Shown: positions 8,472-18,380 of the stretch, in pieces
How the letters are laid out: every line of letters begins with the position of its first letter
Numbering within the stretch: position 1 is the stretch's first letter
Assembly (NCBI GenBank): GCA_965224245.1
Contig: OZ245046.1
Span: 5,632,001-5,696,000 of the forward strand
From: Candidatus Eiseniibacteriota bacterium
GTDB taxonomy: Bacteria; Eisenbacteria; RBG-16-71-46; CAZAMP01
Direction: 5' to 3'
Length of the DNA stretch: 64,000 bases
Position numbers and translations under genes: made by a program
Notes under the pieces: model-generated
What the model was told of the DNA's origin: nothing
Seen by the model: only the letters and a program-made list of their open reading frames with translations
Database searches by the model: none

Positions 8472-11069
8472 ATGCGCTCTCGTCCGATCGCGCCGCCAGC
8501 CGTCGCCGGCGTCATCGCGCTGGCCCTGACCCCGCTCTCCACCGTCGTCGTCGCGTCCGTTCCGGTCATGAGCGCCTCGGGTGAGCCCGGCATCGAGCGC
8601 CTCGTCGTCGACGGCGCGGCCACCGTCGACGAGCTCCTGGCCCGCGGTAGCTACATCTTCCCCGAGGACGTGGATCCCGGCATCGCACCCGAGGGCGACG
8701 CGATGCTCGACGTCACGTTCACGCCGGACGGCTCCCGCTTCGTGGTCGCGCAGCGCGAGACGAACAACGTCACCGTGTACGACTGGTCGACGATGGCGCC
8801 CGTGGCCACCGTGGGCGTCGGCACCGGACCCGGGGGCGTGGCCTGCACCGCCGACTACGCCGTGGTCGCCTGCGGTTTCTCGGACGAGGCCTGGGTGATC
8901 GACCTCGGCGACTACTCGGTCGCGGCCGTGATCGCGACCGGCGAGCAGCCGTGGGTCGTTCGCGTGAGCCCCGACGGCTCACGGGCCTTCGTGGCGTGTG
9001 ACGTCTCGGACACCTGCGAGATCATCGATCTGACGACGCTGATGCACGCCGGGACGATCGAGGCGTTTCCGATCGCGCTCCTCACGTTCTCGTTCGCGGC
9101 CGAGAACGGACGGTCGTCGTTCTCGTTCTCCGAGTTCGAGGTGAGCCCCGACGGGGCCCATCTGCTCGTGCCGGACCTCGTGAACGAGGTCCGTCTCTAC
9201 GACACGACGACCGGTGCGCTCGTGGATCAGGTCACCGGCATCCCGAACGCGGTCGCGGTGGGCCTGTCCGCCGACGGGTCCACGCTGGTCGCGCTGGACG
9301 CGACGACCGATCCCGGGGTCGCGTATCAGGTCGATCTCACCAGCCGGGCGGTGACGGGATCGGTGGTGTTTCCCACCACGATCGCCACACGACAGGTCGC
9401 GGTGAACCAGAACGGGTCGAAGTGCTACGTCGGCCTGAGCGGCAACCAGTCCGCGATCGGTCGCTTCGCGACCTCCGATGCGGTGACGTTCGCGTCCACG
9501 TTCACGGCGTTCTGGATCGGGTCGACAGCGGACCATCGCTACGCGATCAGCGGGCAGAACCGCTTCTCGATCGTCGACTTCGACACCGAGACGATGGTGG
9601 CTCAGGTCCCGAATCACAACCAGAGCATCGGCGCGGTCTCGCCGGTGCTGGACCGTGTGGCGTCGTTCGATCCGCTGCGAAACGAGGTGATCCACCAGTT
9701 CGACGTCGCCACGCCGGCGGCTCCGGTGTACCGCGGGACGACGCCCGCGGGCGAGGCCCCGGAGGGCGACTGTCCGTATCGTGTCGCCCTCCACGGGGGG
9801 ACGGCCGTCGTCGGGAACGTCATGTCGGAGACAGCGACGATCCTCCACGACGGGGTGGTCTCGTCGATCCTGCACGTCGGCGAGCGCACGAAGGACGCCG
9901 CGATCTCGGCGGACGGGACGGTCGCCGTCGTGTGTGCGCAGGAGGCGCATCAGGTGGCCGTGATCGACCTCCTCTCCGAGACGGTCGACGCGATCGTGCC
10001 CACGAACCTCCGGCCCGCCGGCGTCGTCCTCACGCCCGACGGCACACGCGCGTACGTGGCCAACATCCAGTCGAACACGGTCTCGGTCGTGTCGCTGGCC
10101 GGCGCGTCGAGCACCGAGATCGCCGAGCTCCCGGTGGGGACGATCGGTGTCACGTTCGCCGCGTTCGGCGTCACCAGCGGCGTCGCGATGAGCCCGACCG
10201 GCGAGTACGTGCTCGTGGCGGCGTCGTTCGACGACAACGTGAAGGTCATCTCGACGGCCACGAACTCGATCGTGGCCACGCTGCCCGTCGGCGACTTTCC
10301 GCTCTCCCTCGCCTTCAACGCCGATGGATCCCGCGCGATCGTGACCAACTACCAGGGCGACAGCATCTCGCTCCTCGCCATCGACGGTGCGGCGTCGTCG
10401 GTCGTGACCACGACCGCGGTGGGGGACGGCCCGCTCCGCGTGGCGTTCAGCCCGGCAGAGAACCTGTTCGGCGTCGCAGTCTACTCGGCGAAGACGCTGG
10501 TCGAGATCGACGATACGACCGGCGCGATCGCCGACAGTCACGGCTTCGCGTCGTTCGGCAACGTGATCGACGTCGGCTACGACGACAGCGGGCTCTACGT
10601 CGTGCTTCTGGGACCGTCCGCGGACGTCGGCGGACACGTGATCGTCGAGGATGTGGGAATGGTCACGGTTCCGACGTCGCCGTCGTCGTTCGCGGTGACG
10701 CCCACGCGCATGGTGGTCACGATGCCGGGACCCGACGTGCTCACCGTCATCGACTGGGACGGTCCGATCTCGACGCCGGAGGTGGCGACGGTGAGCCCGT
10801 CGGCCCCCTTCGGGGTCGGCGCGCCGCGCCCCCAGCCCGCGCGGGGCACGACCCACCTGGATCTCGTTCTCGGTCATGCGGCCGACGTCACGCTCCGGAT
10901 CGTCGACGTGTCCGGACGCGAGCGCGCGCGCATCGCCGAGGGACGTTTCGACGCCGGCCGACACGACGTGAGCTGGGACACGCGCGACGTCGCGCCGGGG
11001 GTGTACTGGGCGACGCTGGAGGCCGGCGGGCGAACGGTCGCCAGCCGACGGGTCGTGGTCGCGCGCTGA
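8472..11069 (+). CDS. Secreted YVTN-type multi beta-propeller protein with FlgD-Ig/T9SS-like C-terminus
   Basis: RBS ggagg before ATG 8472; many (S/T)PDGxRxxVxN repeats; C-terminal PQPARG...IVDVSGRE...PGVYW. Confidence 0.85.
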   Translation: MRSRPIAPPAVAGVIALALTPLSTVVVASVPVMSASGEPGIERLVVDGAATVDELLARGSYIFPEDVDPGIAPEGDAMLDVTFTPDGSRFVVAQRETNNVTVYDWSTMAPVATVGVGTGPGGVACTADYAVVACGFSDEAWVIDLGDYSVAAVIATGEQPWVVRVSPDGSRAFVACDVSDTCEIIDLTTLMHAGTIEAFPIALLTFSFAAENGRSSFSFSEFEVSPDGAHLLVPDLVNEVRLYDTTTGALVDQVTGIPNAVAVGLSADGSTLVALDATTDPGVAYQVDLTSRAVTGSVVFPTTIATRQVAVNQNGSKCYVGLSGNQSAIGRFATSDAVTFASTFTAFWIGSTADHRYAISGQNRFSIVDFDTETMVAQVPNHNQSIGAVSPVLDRVASFDPLRNEVIHQFDVATPAAPVYRGTTPAGEAPEGDCPYRVALHGGTAVVGNVMSETATILHDGVVSSILHVGERTKDAAISADGTVAVVCAQEAHQVAVIDLLSETVDAIVPTNLRPAGVVLTPDGTRAYVANIQSNTVSVVSLAGASSTEIAELPVGTIGVTFAAFGVTSGVAMSPTGEYVLVAASFDDNVKVISTATNSIVATLPVGDFPLSLAFNADGSRAIVTNYQGDSISLLAIDGAASSVVTTTAVGDGPLRVAFSPAENLFGVAVYSAKTLVEIDDTTGAIADSHGFASFGNVIDVGYDDSGLYVVLLGPSADVGGHVIVEDVGMVTVPTSPSSFAVTPTRMVVTMPGPDVLTVIDWDGPISTPEVATVSPSAPFGVGAPRPQPARGTTHLDLVLGHAADVTLRIVDVSGRERARIAEGRFDAGRHDVSWDTRDVAPGVYWATLEAGGRTVASRRVVVAR

Positions 11070-11111
11070 CGAGGACCGAGGAGCGCGCCGGCCCGCCGAC
11101 GGGGAAGCGCG

Positions 11112-12266
11112 TCAGCTCGACGGCGTGAGCGCGTCCGAGAGATCGGCGATCAGATCCTCGATCGCCTCGATGCCGATCGAGAGCCGGAGGAGATCCTCGG
11201 GCACCGGCGTGCCCTCGCCCTCGACCGGCGCGCGATGCTCGATGAGACTCTCCACACCGCCCAGCGACGTCGCGTTCCGGAACACGCGGGTGCGACCGGC
11301 GACCGCGCGTGCGGCGTCGAACCCGCCCCGTACCCGGCACGACACGATGGGGCCGAACCCGCCGTGCATCTGCCCTGCGGCGAGCGCGTGTCCGGGGAAG
11401 TCGGGCAGACCGGGGTAGAACACCTCGAGAACCTCGGGCTGCTCGGACAGCGCCTCGGCCACCGCCATCGCGTTCGCGCAGGCGCGCTCGACCCTGAGCA
11501 CCAGCGTGCGCATGCCGCGCAGGAGAAGCCAGCACTCGAACGGACCGAGTATCGCGCCGCGTCGAGCACGCTGGCGGCGGATGTCCTGCCACCGCTCTCC
11601 GCGGGCATCTCGCGTCACCAGCGCGCCGGCCACGACGTCGGTGTGCCCGTTCAGGGACTTCGTGGCCGAGTGCATGACCACGTCGACGCCGAGCTCGAGA
11701 GGTCTCGTCAGGATCGGCGTGGCGAACGTGTTGTCAGCCACCACGAGAGCGCCGGCACGGTGCGCGATCTCGGTGGCCGCCGCGATGTCGGTGATCCGGC
11801 ACGTCGGGTTGGCGGGTGTCTCGATCCACACGAGATGGGTCTCGCCGGGCCGCATCGCGGCATGCAGCGCGTCGAGGTCGCCGGTGGGTACGAGATCGAG
11901 GGTCAGTCGCCCCGCGGTCGCAATCTCCTCCAGCCACCGCCGGAGCGACCAGTACATGATCGTCGGCGCCACCACGTGCGCACCGACCGGCAGCGAGTCG
12001 ACGACGGCGGTCGCCGCGGCCATGCCCGAGCTGAACACGATCGCGTCGGTGCCACCCTCCAGATCGGCGAGCAGGGCCTCGGCGTGCTCGAACGTGGGGT
12101 TTTCGTCGCGCGAGTAGCTGCGTCCGTCGGGATACGAGCCGTCGGGTGCGCGCTCGTAGATGGCCGACGCGTGAATGGGCGGCACGATCGCGCGCGTGGT
12201 CGGATCGATCGGGGCCAGCGCCTGCGCGGCACGCGTGGCTGGAGAGAGTGGCTTCGGGTCTGACAT
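11112..12266 (-). CDS. Cys/Met metabolism PLP enzyme (cystathionine gamma-synthase/lyase family)
   Basis: YSRDENPT, FSSGMAA, ETPANPT, DNTFATP, HSATKSLNGH (PLP lysine), TSLGGVESL, LLRLSIGIE. Confidence 0.93.
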   Translation of the reverse strand: MSDPKPLSPATRAAQALAPIDPTTRAIVPPIHASAIYERAPDGSYPDGRSYSRDENPTFEHAEALLADLEGGTDAIVFSSGMAAATAVVDSLPVGAHVVAPTIMYWSLRRWLEEIATAGRLTLDLVPTGDLDALHAAMRPGETHLVWIETPANPTCRITDIAAATEIAHRAGALVVADNTFATPILTRPLELGVDVVMHSATKSLNGHTDVVAGALVTRDARGERWQDIRRQRARRGAILGPFECWLLLRGMRTLVLRVERACANAMAVAEALSEQPEVLEVFYPGLPDFPGHALAAGQMHGGFGPIVSCRVRGGFDAARAVAGRTRVFRNATSLGGVESLIEHRAPVEGEGTPVPEDLLRLSIGIEAIEDLIADLSDALTPSS

Positions 12267-12524
12267 CGTCACCTCGCGACGGGCTGGCGAGGGGCTCGGT
12301 CGCGGATCGCGACCGCGGCCCCGGGCGTGGGACGCGACAGTATGTTTCGCGCGACCGATCGAAGTCCAGAGGTCGTCGACGAAGCGTGACCCCCCGGGGG
12401 GGCGCCCGGCGCGGTCGAGAATCCTCCCGGGATGCGGGTGGGTAAGGTATCCTCGACCCCGGGCCGCTCGCCGACGGAGGCGTCAACGGACGAGCGCTCT
12501 GCCGCACGCCGACTCGAGGTGGCC

Positions 12525-15500
12525 ATGGTGCCAGAATCGGATGCGCCCGATCTTCACTCCCGCCCGAGACACGAACGTCCGGAATCGCCACGAGACGGTC
12601 GCACCGCCGGCTCCGCGCCGTCGCCCGGAGACGTGGCGGCGCCACGCGGCGTCCCACAGCGAGTCGGTCGCTATCGCGTGCTCCGAGAGCTCGGCCGTGG
12701 GGGGATGGGCGTGGTCTACCTCGGTGAGGACTCCACGCTCGGCCGCAAGCTCGCGATCAAGGTGCTTTCGGCGGATCTGGCCGCCGACGCGACCCGCCTC
12801 GCCCGCTTCGAGCGCGAAGCGCGGCTCCTCGCGTCGCTGAATCATCCCAACATCGCCGTCGTCCACTCGTTCGAGCATGACCGGCAGGATGTGTTCATGA
12901 CGATGGAGTTCGTCGAGGGCGAGTCGCTGGAGTCACGGCTCGAGCGGACACGCCTGAGCGTGGCGGAGACGCTCGACCTCATACGACAGGTGGCGGACGC
13001 CCTCGACGCCGCCCACGAGCGCGGCGTCGTTCATCGCGATCTGAAGCCGGCCAACGTGATGCTGACCGCATCGGGGCGGGTGAAGATCCTGGACTTCGGA
13101 CTCGCGAAGTCTGTGATGGGGGCGGGCGCCGTCTCCGAGAGCCTGACCCTGGCCGGCGCCATCCTGGGCACGCTCGGCTATGCGAGCCCCGAGCAGCTGC
13201 GGTCCGAGGACGTGGACGAACGCACGGATCTCTGGGCGTTCGGCTGCGTCGCGTACCAGTGCCTCACCGGGCGGCCGCCGTTTCCCGGTCGCACCACGCT
13301 GGAGGTCATCGACGCGACGCTCGGGGCGAGCCCGGACTGGACCGCCCTGCCGGTGGACGTGCCGGACGACGTCCGGGCGTTGATCGAGTCGTGTCTCGCG
13401 CGAGACCGCGACGACCGCCCGAGCGACATGACCGCCGTGTGCAACGTCCTGAATCGGACGCCGGGCACCACGATTCCTCGGCCGCGGAGGGATCCGGCCG
13501 AGGTGCCCCACAACCTCCCGAGACCGATCTCGAGCTTCGTCGGACGACGCGCGCAGCTCGGTGAGCTCGGCGAGCTGATCCGGAGCGAGCGCCTCTGCTC
13601 ACTGGTCGGTCCCGGCGGCTGCGGCAAGACCCGATTGTCGATCGAGTTCGCCTGCCGGAATCTCGGCGAGTTTCCACAGGGCGTGTGGTTCGTCGAGCTC
13701 GCTCCGTTCGACGACGCGGCGGCGTTGCTCGGCGCGGTCGCGATGACGATCGGCGTCCGCAAGGAGGAGGGTCGCACGCTCACCCAGACGATCGTGCGGA
13801 CCCTCGCCGACGCACCTGCGCTCCTGGTGCTGGACAACTGCGAGCACCTGATCGACGCCTGTGCAGAGCTGGTCACCGCGTGTCTGGAGGCAGGGTCCGC
13901 GCTACGGATCCTGACCACCAGTCGGGAGCCGCTGCGCGTGAGGGGTGAATGCGTCCATCGTCTGCCGCCGCTCGAGCTGCCCGCGGAGCGAACGAGCCAC
14001 GCCCTCGACGAGCTGAAGGACGTGGAGGCCGTTCGGCTGTTCAGCGACCGCGCGGCGTCCGCGGGAGCCGGCTTCGAGCTGGACGACACCAACGCCGCCG
14101 ACGTCGTCGAGATCTGCCGCCGGCTGGACGGCATCCCGCTGGCACTGGAGCTCGCCGCGGCACGCACACCGATACTATCCGTCGCCGAGATCGCCGATCG
14201 TCTCGGCGATCGTTTCCGGCTACTGACGTCGGGTACCCGGGGGGCGCTGCCGCACCATCAGACGCTGAGGGTCTCGATCGACTGGAGCCACGAGCTCCTG
14301 TCGCCGGCCGAGCAGAGCCTGTTTCGACGACTCGCGGTGTTCTCGGGCGGATGGACGTTGCCGTCGGCGGAGGCCGTGTGTGCGTTCGGCGAGCTGGCCG
14401 CCGACGACATCCTCGACGTCAGCGGCTCGCTGATCGCCCGCTCGCTGGTGGAGGTGTCGCGAGATCGGCTGCCGGCGCCCGGCGGTCCGCGTTACTCCAT
14501 GCTGGAGACGATTCGCGCGTACGCGCTCGAGCGTCTGGCCGAGTCCAGCGATCGTGACCCGGTGGAGCGGCACCACCGTGATCACATCCTCGAGCTGGTC
14601 GAGCGGGCCGCGCCCATGCTGTCGGGGTCGGCCCAGGCGGAGTGGTTCGACCGGCTCGCGGCCGAGCACGACAACCTGGTCGCGGTGCTCTTCCGATGTC
14701 TGGATCGGGGAGACGTCGGCGCCGCCGTCCGGATCGTCGAGGTGGTCAGTCGCTTCTGGCGCGTCCGCGGGCACTGGGCGATCGGGCGTCTCTCGTGCAC
14801 GCGCGTGCTCGAACATCCCGGCTGTCCGGCGAGCTCGACCGATCGGGCGATCGTGCTCGAGTGCGCGGGGAAGCTCGAGTGGAAGGCCGGTGAGGCCGAG
14901 CTGGCCGAGCGCTACTTCGAGGAGGCGCTCGAGATCGCCACCCGCGTGGGTGCCGAGGCCGTCACCGCGAACGCACTGCGTGGCCTGGGGAGCATCGCGC
15001 AGCAACACGGTGACCACGCGAAGGCCGGCGCCCGCCTGGAGGAGAGTCTCGAGATCGCGCGACGGCTCGGCGACGAGATCGGTGTGGCCGAAGCGCTCAA
15101 CGCGCTGGGTTCGCTGAGTCACGCTTCGGGGGATCTCACCCGGGCGTCGGCCCGATTCGAGGAGTCTCTCGACATCTGGCGGCAGGCGGAGGACGGGGTC
15201 AGCGCCGCGAACGTCCTCAACAACCTGGCCGTCGTCGCAATGCGCCGCGGCGATTTCGATCGAGCCCTGGAGCTGTTCGGCGAGAGCCTCGGTCACGCGC
15301 GTGCGGTCCGCGACGAGCACGCGGTGGCGGCGACGTTGAACAACCTCGGGATGGTGGCTCACATGATGTCCGACGACGCCGGCGCGCGCGGGTACTTCGA
15401 GTCCGCGCTCGAGATCCGACGTCGGATGAAGAATCCGTGGGGGGTCGCGCTGGCACTGCGCAACCTGGGCGAGGTGACCGACGACCCGGACGAGGCCACG

Positions 15501-15962
15501 GCGCTCCAGGAGGAGAGTCTCGCGATCGCGAAGCGACTCGGTGATCGCGAGGGCATCGCGAACTGCCTCGGGAACTTGGGGAGCCTCGCGGCGGCGCGCG
15601 GCGACCATGTGGAGGCAGTGGCGCTTCAGGCCGAGCAGCTGGAGATCCTGCGCGACCTCGAGAACCGCGTCGGTGTCATCGAGAGCCTCGAATCGCTGGG
15701 GCTCGTCCTCGTCTCGCTGGGTCGGCTGGCGCCCGCCGTTCGGACCCTGGCCGCGGCCGGCTCGCTGCGGGAGAGGGCCCGGGCTCCCCTTCCGCCCGCG
15801 GACCACACCCGACTCGATCGCGGCGCGAACGCCGCCCGGGAGGGACTGGACGCTCGAGAGTTCGAGACGGCATGGACGGAGGGCCGCGCGATGAGCGCGG
15901 ACGCCGCGGTCGACTCCGTCCTCGCCGAGGCCGGGCGGCACGCCCCGGCACACGACATCTAG
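12525..15962 (+). CDS. Hanks-type Ser/Thr kinase fused to STAND-type ATPase and TPR repeats
   Basis: GRGGMGVVY, HRDLKPAN, DFG, P-loop GPGGCGKT, LLVLDNCEH, LDGIPLALELAA, C-terminal LNNLG TPRs. Start uncertain (12432 or 12525). Confidence 0.92.
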   Translation: MVPESDAPDLHSRPRHERPESPRDGRTAGSAPSPGDVAAPRGVPQRVGRYRVLRELGRGGMGVVYLGEDSTLGRKLAIKVLSADLAADATRLARFEREARLLASLNHPNIAVVHSFEHDRQDVFMTMEFVEGESLESRLERTRLSVAETLDLIRQVADALDAAHERGVVHRDLKPANVMLTASGRVKILDFGLAKSVMGAGAVSESLTLAGAILGTLGYASPEQLRSEDVDERTDLWAFGCVAYQCLTGRPPFPGRTTLEVIDATLGASPDWTALPVDVPDDVRALIESCLARDRDDRPSDMTAVCNVLNRTPGTTIPRPRRDPAEVPHNLPRPISSFVGRRAQLGELGELIRSERLCSLVGPGGCGKTRLSIEFACRNLGEFPQGVWFVELAPFDDAAALLGAVAMTIGVRKEEGRTLTQTIVRTLADAPALLVLDNCEHLIDACAELVTACLEAGSALRILTTSREPLRVRGECVHRLPPLELPAERTSHALDELKDVEAVRLFSDRAASAGAGFELDDTNAADVVEICRRLDGIPLALELAAARTPILSVAEIADRLGDRFRLLTSGTRGALPHHQTLRVSIDWSHELLSPAEQSLFRRLAVFSGGWTLPSAEAVCAFGELAADDILDVSGSLIARSLVEVSRDRLPAPGGPRYSMLETIRAYALERLAESSDRDPVERHHRDHILELVERAAPMLSGSAQAEWFDRLAAEHDNLVAVLFRCLDRGDVGAAVRIVEVVSRFWRVRGHWAIGRLSCTRVLEHPGCPASSTDRAIVLECAGKLEWKAGEAELAERYFEEALEIATRVGAEAVTANALRGLGSIAQQHGDHAKAGARLEESLEIARRLGDEIGVAEALNALGSLSHASGDLTRASARFEESLDIWRQAEDGVSAANVLNNLAVVAMRRGDFDRALELFGESLGHARAVRDEHAVAATLNNLGMVAHMMSDDAGARGYFESALEIRRRMKNPWGVALALRNLGEVTDDPDEATALQEESLAIAKRLGDREGIANCLGNLGSLAAARGDHVEAVALQAEQLEILRDLENRVGVIESLESLGLVLVSLGRLAPAVRTLAAAGSLRERARAPLPPADHTRLDRGANAAREGLDAREFETAWTEGRAMSADAAVDSVLAEAGRHAPAHDI

Positions 15963-15971
15963 GAGGTCGAG

Positions 15972-16520
15972 ATGCGTCATCGAGAGAGGTCGTGGACTCG
16001 CGCGAGGTCCTGGTGCCTCGCACTCATCGGATCGCTGGTGGTCGCCGGGGGCGCGTTCGCGGACGACTGCGACTCGCGAGCGGTTCCGATCGTTCCGTCC
16101 GCGAAGCAGTCGCGGGTGTGGGAGATCACCCAGACGTCGGTGTCGATGTACACGGTGGACCTGAACGTCGACGGCTTCACGACGTCCGTCACGATCCAGG
16201 AGGATTCCAGCCCGGGTCAGACCGCCAACGACATCCGCGACGAGCTCGTCGCGGTACTTCCGGGCAACTACACGGTGTCGGTGGTCGTCTGCAACAGCAC
16301 CCGGGCGCTGGTCAGGGTGACGAAGGACAGCGGGGAGATCGACCCCTTCCTGCCCGCGTCGTTCACCGACGGCTCGCAGAGGCTCCAGGAGGTACTCCTG
16401 GTCAACACGAACGCCGTCCCGTCGCTCGGGCTCGTCGGTGTCGCGCTCGTGATGATCCTGTCCGTGGTGATCGGCGTCTCGGTTCGCCGACGCCGGTCGC
16501 GCCCGATCGTCGGCACCTGA
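15972..16520 (+). CDS. Secreted protein with IPTL-CTERM-like C-terminal sorting/anchor signal
   Basis: Signal peptide ending AFA; C-terminal AVPSLGLVG, a TM helix and RRRR; RBS aggagg. Confidence 0.7.
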   Translation: MRHRERSWTRARSWCLALIGSLVVAGGAFADDCDSRAVPIVPSAKQSRVWEITQTSVSMYTVDLNVDGFTTSVTIQEDSSPGQTANDIRDELVAVLPGNYTVSVVVCNSTRALVRVTKDSGEIDPFLPASFTDGSQRLQEVLLVNTNAVPSLGLVGVALVMILSVVIGVSVRRRRSRPIVGT

Positions 16521-16745
16521 CGATCGCGGCCGTCGCGGCCCGCCGAGAGCCGCGCGGCCGCCGGCGACACGCCCCGGTGGTGCATTCCAGCCCCTCGACG
16601 CCGGGTCGTGGCCGGCGATTCCCGCCGGGAACCGGAGCGCGGATTCGTCGCCCTTGGTGACCGGGAGCGTTGCCGATAGAATCAGACGACGGCGGCTGGA
16701 CGCCGCCGACCACACACGACCCGAAACGCAGCTCAGGACGACCTC

Positions 16746-18287
16746 ATGCAATCCACCTTCCCGCCGATCACGCTGACCCTGCTGGTCGCGTCGGTGGCCC
16801 TTCCGGCTCTGGCCGTGGAAGAGCTTCCCGACGGGTTCAGCGTGCAGACGCTGGCCGAGCTCTCCAATCCCGTGGGGTTCGCGTTCCTTCCCGACGGCCG
16901 GGCGCTCATCGTCGAGCAGAAGCAGGAGGCCCCCCACGAGACCGAGGGCTACGTCTACCTGTACGCGAACGGGTCCGTCACCGGGTCGCCCATCCTCGTC
17001 ATCCCCGACGTCAACGCCGTCGGCAACGAGCGGGGCCTCCTCGGGGTGGCCGTGGATCCCGGATGGCCCGATCGCCCGTACGCCTACTTCTTCTACGACC
17101 ATCTCGACGGCACCAACCGCGTGAGGATGTACGCGGCGGTGGGGGATCTGACCGACCCGTACGGCACGGCGCTCACGTTCTCGAGTCCGTACGACGTCCT
17201 GACCGACCTGCCCGACTTCCTGGAGTGGCACAACGGGGGGACGCTGCGTTTCGGTCCCGACGGCATGCTCTACGTCTCGCACGGTGACGACGCCACCGAT
17301 CAGTGCGACGACTTCCAGGACCCGTCCCGATGGCACGGCGTGATTCTCCGACTCGACGTGTCGGCGTTGCCCGGCGCGGGGAGCGGACCACCCGACAAGT
17401 CGATCATCACGCCGGCCGACAATCCGTTCGCGGGACCGGACGCGTTCGCCCGGCTCACCTTCGCCATCGGGTTTCGCAACCCGTTCCGGTTCAACGTCGA
17501 TCCGCTGACCGGCGCGCTCTACGTTGGCGACGTGGGCGAGGCCGCGTACGAGGAGCTGGACGAGTGCATCGGCGGTGAGAACTTCGGCTGGCCCGAGCGC
17601 GAGGGCGCGCACGACTACGTGCCCGGACAGCCCTGCCTGAAGGATCCGGGTGTGGACCCGATCGCCGAGATCGCGCACGACGGGGTGAATCCCTTCTCGA
17701 TCATCAGCGGCCCGCGCTACCGGCCGCGCGGTGGGGTGTTCGACCTCGACGCGGAGTACGACGGCGACGTGTTCTACCTCGAGTTCTACAGCGGCGTGAT
17801 CCGCCGGCTCACCGACGACGGTGGCGCCTGGGTCCCGGCCCCGCCGGTGCCGGGGCAGCCCGGTCCGCTCGACTGGGCCCGCGGAATCGACTGGATCACC
17901 GACCTCCAGGTGGGGCCCGACGGCGCGCTGTACTACACCCGTCTCCGGAGCCCCGCGTCCTTCGGACGCATCGTGGGGCCGCCGGTGGTCGGTGTGCCCG
18001 AGGCGCCCGCATCCGGGCTGGACGTGCACGTCGGCCCGCATCCCATCGCGCCCGGCGACGCGATCGTGCTGTCGCTGACCGCTCCCGGCGCGGCCGTGCT
18101 CGAGCTCGCGCTGTTCGACGTCGTCGGTCATCGCCTGGACGGCACGCGACGCGAGTCCGCCACCGGCAGGTTCTCGCTGGAGTGGACGCCCCGCGGCGGG
18201 CGTGCCGGGCTCAGCCCGGGGATCTACTTCCTGAGGGTCGACGCGAGCGGACGAAGGGCGATCCGGCGGCTCGTGGTCGCGCCGTAG
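16746..18287 (+). CDS. PQQ-dependent sugar dehydrogenase (glucose/sorbosone DH family) with T9SS-like C-terminus
   Basis: NERGLLGVA, HNGGTLRFGPDGMLY, GFRNPFR, DVGE, ENFGWP. Confidence 0.9.
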   Translation: MQSTFPPITLTLLVASVALPALAVEELPDGFSVQTLAELSNPVGFAFLPDGRALIVEQKQEAPHETEGYVYLYANGSVTGSPILVIPDVNAVGNERGLLGVAVDPGWPDRPYAYFFYDHLDGTNRVRMYAAVGDLTDPYGTALTFSSPYDVLTDLPDFLEWHNGGTLRFGPDGMLYVSHGDDATDQCDDFQDPSRWHGVILRLDVSALPGAGSGPPDKSIITPADNPFAGPDAFARLTFAIGFRNPFRFNVDPLTGALYVGDVGEAAYEELDECIGGENFGWPEREGAHDYVPGQPCLKDPGVDPIAEIAHDGVNPFSIISGPRYRPRGGVFDLDAEYDGDVFYLEFYSGVIRRLTDDGGAWVPAPPVPGQPGPLDWARGIDWITDLQVGPDGALYYTRLRSPASFGRIVGPPVVGVPEAPASGLDVHVGPHPIAPGDAIVLSLTAPGAAVLELALFDVVGHRLDGTRRESATGRFSLEWTPRGGRAGLSPGIYFLRVDASGRRAIRRLVVAP

Positions 18288-18380
18288 CGCACGGCGAGCC
18301 GGCGCGCCCGATCACGCCGGCAGAGCATGCCGTCGCGCCGCGCGCGCACACCCGCCCGGGACCGCGCGTGATCGGATGGA

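Noticed and set aside
14220-18131. 1303-aa minus-strand ORF and similar long antisense ORFs (e.g. 19633-22341, 39124-42000, 48062-50560)
   Set aside because: They overlap well-supported genes; long stop-free shadow frames are expected at about 70% GC
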